From a candidate division FCPU426 bacterium (lineage in GTDB: Bacteria > Oederibacteriota > JAAXVQ01 > JAUVAV01): DNA of 29,000 bases. Below, piece after piece: positions 17,733 to 26,900 of the stretch. The position numbers were made by a program, and so were the translations under genes. Position 1 is the stretch's first letter. The number at the start of each line of letters is the position of its first letter. The stretch is taken from assembly GCA_030637655.1 (NCBI GenBank), contig DAOWGI010000017.1, forward strand, positions 1 to 29,000. The letters run 5' to 3'. Below the pieces are notes generated by a model, which saw only the letters and a list, made by a program, of their open reading frames with translations, ran no database searches and was not told the origin of the DNA.

Positions 17733-18247
17733 GGGGTCGCCTGGCTGACGGCATCACTTTTATAAATATTCAAACGAACTCGTTTGACAAAGGTATCCCA
17801 AGAGGTATTGAGATCCGCATGCAGTATCCGGACAGCCTCAAAATAATCCTCTGCATTTTCCGGCAACCGGGCATTTAAAAATACATTCTCTTTTTTGAGA
17901 GGTATATGTTCCAGTAGCGGATAACGAACCACCTCTAACAACCGGCTTTTCCGGTCCAAAACCAGCCAAATGTGGTGATCTTCAATCCCAGTCTCCCAAC
18001 CGGAAAGCACACGATCAATCTTTCGGTTTTTAATCAGAATATAATAGAGCTTTTCTTTAAATAAGAGACGCTGTATCTTTTCCGCCTTAGGAAACAGTGA
18101 GCGAATTATCTGATAATCTTTTTGCGCCGGTGTTTTCGAACCTACACAGGCGCATTTGATATTTTTCCAGTCAAATTCAGCCACGGTGATTGGAGTCAGA
18201 CTGCTCAGTAAAAGGAAAATAAATGTATATCGGATAAGAAAACGCAT
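17729..18247 (-). CDS. Hypothetical exported protein ending in DAVSQATP
   Basis: Start reassigned to the ATG at 18247 (MRFLIRYTFIFLLLSSL signal peptide); the upstream ORF extension is repeat sequence. ATGA overlap with the next gene. Confidence 0.75.
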   Translation of the reverse strand: MRFLIRYTFIFLLLSSLTPITVAEFDWKNIKCACVGSKTPAQKDYQIIRSLFPKAEKIQRLLFKEKLYYILIKNRKIDRVLSGWETGIEDHHIWLVLDRKSRLLEVVRYPLLEHIPLKKENVFLNARLPENAEDYFEAVRILHADLNTSWDTFVKRVRLNIYKSDAVSQATP

Positions 18248-18270
18248 TGTTGCCGCCCAACAAAGAGTGA

Positions 18271-18403
18271 GTAGGGAATAGTCGCGACCGAAGGAAATCC
18301 CATTCGTAGGGAACGGTCGCAACCGAAGGAAATCCCATTCGTAGGGAACGGTCGCGACCGAAGGAAATCCCATTCGTAGGGAACGGTCGCGACCGTTCCC
18401 TAC
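18271..18403 (+). repeat. Tandem array of three 35-bp REP-derived units plus a full 28-bp palindrome
   Basis: Unit GTAGGGAACGGTCGCGACCGAAGGAAATCCCATTC at 18271, 18306 and 18341 (0-2 mismatches), then GTAGGGAACGGTCGCGACCGTTCCCTAC at 18376. Confidence 0.95.
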
Positions 18404-18449
18404 AGGCATTCCGGTTGGGGGACCGTTCCGTACGTTTTCAAACAGCCCT

Positions 18450-18477
18450 ATTCTATAATTGTTTTACTGAGGAGCAA
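18450..18477 (-). promoter_or_regulatory. Possible sigma70 promoter TTGCTC-16bp-TAGAAT for the envelope cluster
   Basis: Lies upstream of the repeat array and the gene starting at 18247. Confidence 0.35.
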
Positions 18478-18495
18478 AGCATTTTTTTGATTCAA

Positions 18496-18659
18496 GTAAC
18501 ATGTCAGTGAACTGCTGTTAAACAAAGGTTGTCATTCCCGAGGGTTTAATCGGGAATCTGGTTTTTTAAACCATATCCCCGATACAAGCATTCGGGGATG
18601 ACAGGGTGGGGGCTGCATTCACGGGTGACAAATAAAAAAACACATGACTGACCTGTTAC
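18496..18659 (-). mobile_element. MITE, 164 bp, inverted relative to 22749-22911
   Basis: Ends GTAACATGTCAGT...ACTGACCTGTTAC; flanks TGATTCAA and TAATTCAA (7/8 match). Its reverse complement aligns end to end with the 22749 copy. Confidence 0.9.
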
Positions 18660-18705
18660 TAATTCAACCTATTCTTTCCGTGCCGCCGCCCGCTTGTTTT
18701 GAGAA

Positions 18706-19704
18706 TTAAACGACCAGCAATGCCCGAACCTCCGCCTCTGCCAAGGGCGGTATTGAGCACTCCTCAATCGTTTGCTCATTGCCAGTCTTTTGATTGAGTA
18801 TCAGCTTTTCCCGGCTCCGGCAATAGTAGGCGACAATACCCAAGGCCCGTTCCACCTCCGGTGTTGCATACTCCCCACGCAACAAGGCAGTCGGACCTTT
18901 GCTCCCGGCTCCCGGTTCAATGAGAATATCGTCCGGCAGCACGAGTTTTTCAAGCTGAATACACTCTGATTCATTGCGCGCTACTACTACTTTACATTTT
19001 TTCGCCAGATCAAAAAAGCGACCGAACTGAATCCAATGACAATTAGGCACATCGAGCATATCAGAATCCATTAGTACCTTTAACTTGCGGGAGTATCCCG
19101 GATCAGTGAGCAAGCAACCCCCTCCTGGAGACCCAAAATCCGTGATTCCCCATTCCTGGGCCAGAGCGATTTGTTGTTTTCGTCCCCGACCCTTGATGTC
19201 CAAAAGATACTCCGGTGCAATCCAGCCTTTTTCCTGGGGAATGGTAGGTGCCAGTAATCGCGCGGACAATGGTCTGACCAACAGCCCTGCAATCTCCGAA
19301 TTTTCGGCAATCAGATTCAAAGACTGTTTGTTTTGACTCATAGGACGCTGACCCAGCACTTCGCCGGTGACCACAAAATCCGCCTGAAAATCATACATCA
19401 GATCCTTGGTCTTTTGCAGCATCAGCAAGTGACAATCAATGCAGGGATTGATATTCTTACCATGACCAAATTTCGGATTTTTGATCAGGGTGATCAATTC
19501 TTCCAGCAGCGGAATCTTTTGCAATTCCAGCTGAAAAGTTTTGGCAATAATCGTCCCCTTGTCCAACTGACCGGTCTTGCTCAAAGGATTGGTAAAGGGG
19601 GTTACAAAGGTGATCGGAACCACTTCCACGCCCGCGCGCCGCATTAAAGCTATGGCCAGCGTACTGTCCAAACCACCGGAATACAATGCTAATACGCGTT
19701 TCAT
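18706..19704 (-). CDS. PP-loop tRNA sulfurtransferase-like protein (ThiI/MnmA-related, no THUMP domain seen)
   Basis: SGGLDS, NPCIDCH, VTGEVLGQRPMSQ, RPLSARLL and PGGGCLLTD; GAGGAG RBS. Confidence 0.85.
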   Translation of the reverse strand: MKRVLALYSGGLDSTLAIALMRRAGVEVVPITFVTPFTNPLSKTGQLDKGTIIAKTFQLELQKIPLLEELITLIKNPKFGHGKNINPCIDCHLLMLQKTKDLMYDFQADFVVTGEVLGQRPMSQNKQSLNLIAENSEIAGLLVRPLSARLLAPTIPQEKGWIAPEYLLDIKGRGRKQQIALAQEWGITDFGSPGGGCLLTDPGYSRKLKVLMDSDMLDVPNCHWIQFGRFFDLAKKCKVVVARNESECIQLEKLVLPDDILIEPGAGSKGPTALLRGEYATPEVERALGIVAYYCRSREKLILNQKTGNEQTIEECSIPPLAEAEVRALLVV

Positions 19705-19728
19705 TTACACACTCCTCTTAAAAAGACC

Positions 19729-19859
19729 CACCACTAAGGCTCTAAGACTCAAAGGTTCACAAAGAAACACAAAATTAGAATTTATTAATGTTTATGGTTT
19801 TACTCTTATCACTTAATTTTTCCTTAGTGCTCCTTAGTGTCCTTTGTGCCTCTGTGGTG
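19729..19859. repeat. Imperfect inverted repeat built from ~9-bp CAC(A/T)AAG subunits
   Basis: Left arm CACCACTAAGGCTCTAAGACTCAAAGGTTCACAAAG; the reverse complement of the right arm is CACCACAGAGGCACAAAGGACACTAAGGAGCACTAAGG; AT-rich spacer. Confidence 0.7.
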
Positions 19860-19956
19860 TATCCTTTCACAATATTATTTTATTTTTTCATGTCATATTT
19901 GACACTACCCTACCCTAAATATTCACTTGTGAATTTGTATATTCTTGCTATCCACC

Positions 19957-21249
19957 TTACTTGGCCTGATCCAAAGCTTGGTCAATATCCTCCAGTATAT
20001 CCTCAATATTTTCAATACCAATAGAGAGACGAATTAAATCCGGAGTAATCCCAGCCACTTCTTGTTGCGCGGCGCTCAACTGCGAGTGAGTGGTTGATTT
20101 TGGATGAATCGCCAAACTCTTGGCATCTCCCACATTGGCCAAATGCGAAAAGAGTTGTAAGGATTCAATGAACTTCTGTCCTTTGACATCTCCGCCCTTG
20201 ATCCCAAAAATCAGCACACTGCCAAAACCATGGTTTAAAATCCGCTTGGCAACCGCATGGGACGGATCATTCTCCAAACCCGGATACCGAACCCAGCTGA
20301 CCTGCGGATGTTTTTTCAAATGTCGGGCCACAGCCAGAGTGTTATCGCAGTGACGCTGCATACGCAAAGATAAAGTCTCGATTCCCTGCAAAAATATCCA
20401 GGCATTATCCGGCGAAATACAAGCACCCAGATTCCGCATGGGAACCAGCCGCATACGCAGAATAAAAGCCAGGGGTTGAAGCTCTCCCAAATCACGCGCA
20501 AAGCGAAGTCCGTGATAACTGGGTTCCGGTTCATTGTAAAGTTTGAATTTCTTATCCGACCAGTCGAATTTTCCGCTGTCCACCACAATACCGCCGATTC
20601 CTGTGCCATGCCCACCCAACCATTTGGTCAGGGAGTGAATGACAATATCCGCACCCAGTTCCAAAGGTTTTACCAAATAAGGTGTCGCAAAAGTGGAGTC
20701 CACCACCAAGGGCAGTTTGTTCTCATGTGCCACCTTTGCTACGGCAGCAATATCCGTTACTTCCAGAGCCGGATTGCCGATAGTTTCAATGAAAACCACT
20801 CTGGTTTTATTGGTTATGGCTGCTTGGAAATTTTCCGGTTTGGAAGGATCCACAAATTTCACCGCAATCCCAAACTGGGGCAAAATCGCGTCAAACATAG
20901 TATAGGTACCGCCATACAGATTACGGGCAGCCACCACCTCCTCACCGGCTGAGCAGATATTAATAATAGAATTAAAAATAGCCGCAGTTCCGGAAGCATG
21001 GGCCAAGGCCGCTGCTCCTCCCTCCAGGGCAGTAATGCGTTTTTCCAGCACATCCTGGGTGGGATTCATAAGCCGGGTATAAATATTACCCAGCTCCTTT
21101 AAGCCAAACAAATTCGCTGCATGTTCAGTATCCCGAAACACATAACTACTGGTACGATGCACCGGTACGGCAAACGCATTTGTACCGGGATCCGGTTTCT
21201 GCCCGGCATGTAAAGCCAACGTTTCAAAACGATAGTTTTTATTTGCCAT
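19957..21249 (-). CDS. metY: O-acetylhomoserine aminocarboxypropyltransferase / sulfhydrylase
   Basis: FETLALHAGQ, GNIYTRLMNPT, HSLTKWLGGHG (PLP lysine) and HLANVGDAKSLAIHPKSTTHSQL; AAGGAG RBS. Confidence 0.95.
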   Translation of the reverse strand: MANKNYRFETLALHAGQKPDPGTNAFAVPVHRTSSYVFRDTEHAANLFGLKELGNIYTRLMNPTQDVLEKRITALEGGAAALAHASGTAAIFNSIINICSAGEEVVAARNLYGGTYTMFDAILPQFGIAVKFVDPSKPENFQAAITNKTRVVFIETIGNPALEVTDIAAVAKVAHENKLPLVVDSTFATPYLVKPLELGADIVIHSLTKWLGGHGTGIGGIVVDSGKFDWSDKKFKLYNEPEPSYHGLRFARDLGELQPLAFILRMRLVPMRNLGACISPDNAWIFLQGIETLSLRMQRHCDNTLAVARHLKKHPQVSWVRYPGLENDPSHAVAKRILNHGFGSVLIFGIKGGDVKGQKFIESLQLFSHLANVGDAKSLAIHPKSTTHSQLSAAQQEVAGITPDLIRLSIGIENIEDILEDIDQALDQAK

Positions 21250-21282
21250 GATCGTTCTCCTTTTCAGTATTTTCTCTCTTCT

Positions 21283-22203
21283 TTATTTGAAAATCCAGGT
21301 GGATAAATAACGTTCACCGGTATCACACGCAAAAGTAACAATCCTCTGTCCTTTATGTTCCGTCCGTCGTGCCACCTTCACGGCAGCCAAAACATTCGCC
21401 CCTGTAGAAATCCCTGCTAAGATACCTTCCTCCTTAGCTAACCGTTTGGCCATGTTTGCCGCCTCTTCATCAACAACCGTGATAACCTCATCGATATTAT
21501 CACGATTCAAAACATCCGGAACAAAGCCGGCCCCAATCCCCTGTATTTTATGTGGACCGGGTTTTCCACCTGACAAGACCGGAGAACCGGCCGGTTCCAC
21601 AGCAATGGCTTTTAGCTTTGAGTTTTTTGCTTTCAACGCTCCTGCTACTCCTGTCAATGTTCCGCCGGTTCCAACACCGGATACAATGACATCCACTTTA
21701 CCCTCAGTGTCCCGCCATATTTCTTCTGCCGTGGTTTTACGATGCACTTCCGGATTGGCCGGATTTTTAAACTGTTGTGGTAAAAATGAGGTTTTCATAC
21801 TCCCGGCCAATTGTTCGGCACGGGAAATAGCGCCACTCATGCCCTCTGCTCCCGGTGTGAGCACCAATTCAGCGCCCAAGGTTTGTAGAATCAAACGCCG
21901 CTCTATACTCATAGTATCCGGCATGGTTAAAATCAAGCGATATCCTTTTACCGCGCAAACCATGGCCAGACCGATTCCAGTGTTCCCGCTGGTTGGTTCA
22001 ATCACCGTATCACCTGGTTTCAATTGTCCGGATTGCTCGGCAGCTTCAAGCATAGAAAGTGTAATGCGGTCTTTTACACTGGAACAGGGATTAAACGACT
22101 CCATTTTCAATACAATCTCAGCCTTACTGTCCTGAGTAATTTTATTGAGTCTTACTAAAGGTGTCTTGCCAATTAATTTTAAAATATCCGCCGCAATACT
22201 CAT
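21283..22203 (-). CDS. cysK: Cysteine synthase A
   Basis: [47 protein letters not shown] and [18 protein letters not shown]. Confidence 0.97.
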   Translation of the reverse strand: MSIAADILKLIGKTPLVRLNKITQDSKAEIVLKMESFNPCSSVKDRITLSMLEAAEQSGQLKPGDTVIEPTSGNTGIGLAMVCAVKGYRLILTMPDTMSIERRLILQTLGAELVLTPGAEGMSGAISRAEQLAGSMKTSFLPQQFKNPANPEVHRKTTAEEIWRDTEGKVDVIVSGVGTGGTLTGVAGALKAKNSKLKAIAVEPAGSPVLSGGKPGPHKIQGIGAGFVPDVLNRDNIDEVITVVDEEAANMAKRLAKEEGILAGISTGANVLAAVKVARRTEHKGQRIVTFACDTGERYLSTWIFK

Positions 22204-22337
22204 CCTGTTCTCCTTACTTAAATTTGATAATTGCCCGCCGGCATAATTTCCCGCTCTTTTTGTCTGCTAAGCATTTCAGATTTTGATGATTTGTCAATAT
22301 TTTTTTTATTTTCTTTATTTTAAAATCCCGTGTTATT

Positions 22338-22366
22338 GTAGAGACGCCCAATTTGGGCGTCTCTAC
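22338..22366. repeat. GTAG-family REP palindrome
   Basis: GTAGAGACGCCCAA-T-TTGGGCGTCTCTAC. Confidence 0.85.
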
Positions 22367-22389
22367 ATAAATTCAAAAGGAAATAAACC

Positions 22390-22701
22390 ATGGATTCGAA
22401 TTACAAACTGGTTTACTCAGATGACCCAAACAAAGCGCAAGAACAAGCCAAAAAACAGCGTGCCCCAGGCTCCGGCAAGGCCCTGCTCCGTCTGGAGAAA
22501 AAAGGCCGCGGCGGAAAATCCGTAACAGTGATTGAACGACTAGCCTTGCCGGACAATGAGTTAAAAGTGTTCTGCCAAGAGATAAAACAAAAATGCGGGA
22601 CCGGCGGTACCGTGAAAAAACAGCATATTGAATTGCAAGGTGACTTCCGCGACCGCGTCCGTCCCCTGCTTATTGCCAAAGGATACACGCTGGCAGGATA
22701 A
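22390..22701 (+). CDS. yciH: Translation initiation factor SUI1 family protein
   Basis: LVYS, EKKGRGGKSVTVI, KCGTGGTVK and IELQGDFRD; AAGGA RBS. Confidence 0.93.
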   Translation: MDSNYKLVYSDDPNKAQEQAKKQRAPGSGKALLRLEKKGRGGKSVTVIERLALPDNELKVFCQEIKQKCGTGGTVKKQHIELQGDFRDRVRPLLIAKGYTLAG

Positions 22702-22748
22702 ATGCCGTCAGGCTATATGCATTTTAGCCTTCGGCAGGATTTTATCTG

Positions 22749-22911
22749 GTAACATGTCAGTGAAGCGTTTTTTGTTTGTCATCCCCGAATGCGGCCCCCA
22801 CCCTGTCATCCCCGAATGCTTGTATCGGGGATACGGTTTAAAAAACCAGATTCCCGATTAAACCTTCGGGAATGACAACCTTTGTTTAACCGCAGTTCAC
22901 TGACATGTTAC
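22749..22911 (+). mobile_element. MITE, 163 bp, with 16-bp perfect TIRs and an 8-bp TSD
   Basis: GTAACATGTCAGTGAA...TTCACTGACATGTTAC flanked by TTTATCTG on both sides (22741-22748 and 22912-22919). Interior has GTCATCCCCGA/CGGGAATGAC hairpins. Confidence 0.93.
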
Positions 22912-22995
22912 TTTATCTGAGTCAATTCGCTATCAGAATCCGGCTGAGTATGAAAAGATGTACAGAATATTTTAACTGGCGTAATTTTACATCCC

Positions 22996-23868
22996 CTAAT
23001 CCCTATAATCCTGGCTTTTCAATTCGCACAACCAATGAGCTTGATATGGAAAGAGCCAATGACTTTGCTGCAATACCCAAAACATTCCTTCATATACTGG
23101 AAAACTTTGTTTTGTCCACGGAAGCGGAACCCGAATAATGGCTTCCCGGGGATAGGCAATTTTTATAGTACATTTCACATTAATATTCCATTTGTCCGGC
23201 TGCCGGGTATTTCTTTTGGCATGGGCGGTAATTTGGGTGGGATTTAAAGCCAAAGCAAAGCGGTAAGGATCTTGGTGGTAATGAAAAACGATGCGTTTGG
23301 GTTCCATATGGAATTCATGGATTGATGCATCCAGGATATTCAGTTCCCTAATAAATTGACGTACTGGTTTTTGAATTTTAGCTGACTTTAACGCAAAGCA
23401 TGATTTCCAAGAACGTTCGTCTTTTCCCGGCAGATAAAGCAGTAAATGCTCTTTGGCTACTTCCGGGTAACCAGCCAAAAATCCGCCGACCCCCATAATT
23501 ATTCCGAAAACGTAAATGTTGGTTTTTTCATAGCAACTAAAATTACCGGGTGGCTGGGATAATGCTTTTTTACCTAAGCGTGTAAAATGCCCGCCAGCTG
23601 CCTGCAACATGAGATTATTGAATAAAATATAAATAACCAGGGAAGCGATACCTATTTTTCGTAAAACCAACTCGCGGTTTTGAAGTCGCGGAACAAAACA
23701 GCTTATCCGCCAAAAAATAAAGGCGATTAAAATTATGGAAAAAGTAATAATCAGAGCAAGCACGCCTAATAAAAAGCTTAGGCTAAGCAATATTATTGTC
23801 AGCATGAATCCAAACCAGATTAATCCTTGGCTAAAATTGTGTAAAATCAAAAATAGTTTGCGCTTCAT
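22996..23868 (-). CDS. Hypothetical membrane protein
   Basis: 290-aa ORF with 2-3 N-terminal hydrophobic helices and a basic soluble C-terminal part. No family recognised. Confidence 0.75.
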   Translation of the reverse strand: MKRKLFLILHNFSQGLIWFGFMLTIILLSLSFLLGVLALIITFSIILIAFIFWRISCFVPRLQNRELVLRKIGIASLVIYILFNNLMLQAAGGHFTRLGKKALSQPPGNFSCYEKTNIYVFGIIMGVGGFLAGYPEVAKEHLLLYLPGKDERSWKSCFALKSAKIQKPVRQFIRELNILDASIHEFHMEPKRIVFHYHQDPYRFALALNPTQITAHAKRNTRQPDKWNINVKCTIKIAYPREAIIRVPLPWTKQSFPVYEGMFWVLQQSHWLFPYQAHWLCELKSQDYRD

Positions 23869-23929
23869 GGTTTTCCCAAAAAAAACTGTTTACGTGCTTG
23901 AAGTGGACAAAAACAATTCCCCGGTCCTT

Positions 23930-26900
23930 TTACGCCGCGCCGGCAAATATCTTGATAGCCCTGCGCATAAACTCCTGGGCGTTTTTAGGCTGATAGTTGT
24001 GCTGCCGGACCATCTCACGCAAAGCGCCCAGTGAACCCCGAAATCCCAGCAGAGCAAACGGAATGCTTATATCTTGCTGTTTAATCCCCTTATCTTCAAG
24101 CATAGCGATAAGCGGAGCCAATTCACTATTGACTGGAGCAGCATAATTCTTTTCCACCACCATAATAGGATCCAACAATTCCGAGAGATAGGTTAAGGCC
24201 ATAAGATTCAGCATATTTTCCTCAAGCAGATCCAAATTATCCTTAGTATAATTTTCCCGGAAAAGTTTGTAATAATTGGTTACCAAGGCACTCAAATTCC
24301 GTGCAAACTTCGCCTGCGCCCGTACCGCGCTTTTTTCATCCTTGGCCGCGAACACTGCCATAAGCATGCGCTGCAGATAAGTATTATCCGGATTTTCCAG
24401 TACCTGAATGAGCAGCGCCTTTGCCCCTACAGGCATTAACCGATTAAGTTTAGCCATTATCTGATTAAAATAAGCTGAGGCGTTTTCTCTGGCAATGCTT
24501 TGATGAACTCGTGCACCGCCAAAAATCAACCGGAATTTCTGCCAAGTATTAAATCCGGCAGTACGATCAGCAGGCTTAGCCAAATCACGTCCTCCGAAGC
24601 GATGAATAGGAATATTACCGGCATTAACTTCCGCAATCACAGCTTTCCGGGATTGACCTTCTTCGGCTGTTACAGTGCCAACCACTGATAAATAATAAGT
24701 GGTCTCTCCATCTTCATCTTTAAAAGTAAATGGGGTAAATTCCCGAGTTGAAGCAATGGCATAAACCGGTTTGCCAAAATCATTTTTACCCAAATACCTG
24801 GACTGGGTGGATTCTGTTCGCGTGTCTTGAGGTTTTAAGATTTGCAATAAAGATGCAACTTCTTCCGGTTTATCCATGACGATCTTTTCACCACATTTAA
24901 TATCTTTTGCCGCCATTTTCTTTAAGACAGCCAACAGACCCGGGTTTATATTAATTTCTTCTTGTTTAACTTTTTCCAACAAAGCCCTGGCCATAACAGG
25001 CAAAGCTGCTATGGATATGGTTTTAACCTCATCATTATTGTACGCCAAGTCAAAACCCGGCAGAGTCAAAGCTGCTGACAAGGCCTGCTCTGCCATGGCT
25101 TTTATTTTTCCACTAACCTCACCACCTGTCTCCTGAGCCAGTAATTTCGCCAAAGAACCAGCCTGCGATTTAGCAGCGCTGTTTAAGACACTATTGTCAG
25201 GATCAAAAAACAAATGCAGATATTTTATAAACGCTTTTAATCTATTGGACGTCTTTTTTACTTGCTGTTTTGTTTCAGGATTAAATTGGCTTTCCAATGC
25301 CGCTACATCCGCTAAAGGTATAATAGGTGAACATAATTTCAGAAAATTATTCCATGCCACAGTTAAATCCTTGCCTGCTTTTGGTATAACACTGATTTCA
25401 AGGGGTTTGACATCTTCTGTCATCATTTCCACCATACTTTCTACCAGCGCGTCCTTGCGGTTTATGCCTAATGAAATCATAAGCAAGCGTAAGTTGCGCA
25501 GTTGAGATGCGCTCCCAAGCGCCAGCCGCAGCCAGAGTCGCATAATTGCACGACCCAGGGAGGGCATTATACCTGCGTTATCATTCAAAACCATTTTCCA
25601 GGCCCAAGCAGGCATACTTAGCACAACTTCCTCTTTCTTCTCAAAAAACTCGGCATTAATAGGGGCATCTGTTTCTTCTTCTTTTGGTCTGAACGTCACA
25701 CTTAAAAATAAGGATTTCGCAAAAATTACATTTTTTCTCAAATTAAAATTAGGGCCAAATAAAATATTTCGACGCTTTGATTCCTCTGTCGCAATTCCTG
25801 CCGCAGGTCGATCTGCTTGATAGCGGCTAAACTCCTGGCCGATTAGACTTTTATAAGGGGATTCATTGGGTTCGTGTAAATACTGCTCCTCCAATTCAGC
25901 CAGGTTAGCGGCATCTTTATCATCTTTCCGCTTTCTTAATGGTTTGTTCTCTTCCCCATGCCATTCCCGGCTAATTATTACTGCGATGATGTAGGCCATA
26001 GCCGGCCATATGGGCGCAACTAATCCGGAACTTGCTGCGATCATACCAATAACCATAACAATAACAGGAAATGATAATGAAGTGATAATTGCTTTTTTGG
26101 TGGCTGCTCTGATTTCCTCAGGTGTTTGCTTACCCTCATCAATGCCAACAATACCAAGGAATTTATGGCCCAAATACATCAGACCGTATAAGAAACCGAT
26201 TGGAACAAATAGGTAAACACTCATATTCAGGTCCGGAAACCACTGTGCAAGCACACTGGTGAACATTACATACATAACATTCAAAACCCACGTTTCGACC
26301 CTTCCGGTCCCTACTGCATCTAAGCCTAATTTGTCTGCCATCCATTTGATGGCACCGGGGGGATTTTCATCTGCAACATCTGCTATGGATTCTTCTTTGT
26401 TTTCTACCAGTTCAGCCTTAATAGATCGAACAATCGGTTCATCGGAGATGATCCAGTTCCTAAATAGATTGCCGTATTTGCTCAGAAGCGTCAGGAATTC
26501 ATTTCCAAATAATACGTTCTTTCCAAGTATTTGCGAAGCATCCGGCGTCTCTTCCTTTACGCCTGGTAAATCCGGTACAGTTAACTGCCCCAATAAGTTG
26601 CCAAATAGCTTTATGAACACACCTAATATATATGCAGGTAATACGAAGGCGACTTTTTCCGCTGTGGTCAGTAGATGAAATGTTGTGAAAAATTCATCTT
26701 TGTAAATATAATTAATAAAAGCTATTCCTGCGACCAGTAAACGCGGAGCAATTTCCCATAAATATTTAGCTGTTTTGACTAAATCAGCTGCCATACGCTT
26801 TGCGTCTATATCCAAAGCTTTATACAAATCTTCCCTTTTCATTATAATATTCATTAAATAATAAGGTTCACCTAAAATTACCAGTATCCTGACCGATGGC

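Noticed and set aside
18271-18403. CRISPR array
   Set aside because: The segments between repeats are identical 15-bp linkers rather than unique spacers, the unit derives from a GTAG-REP, and no cas genes are present.
21446-22135. 229-aa plus-strand ORF, and similar ones at 12350-13030, 20476-20952 and 28524-28979
   Set aside because: Antisense to well-supported genes, with no recognisable motifs.
22204-22337. SAM riboswitch or T-box upstream of cysK-metY
   Set aside because: The region is short and I could not find SAM-I or T-box core motifs or a terminator.
18496-22911. Composite transposon carrying the sulfur genes
   Set aside because: Each MITE has its own separate TSD and the outer flanks do not match, indicating independent insertions.
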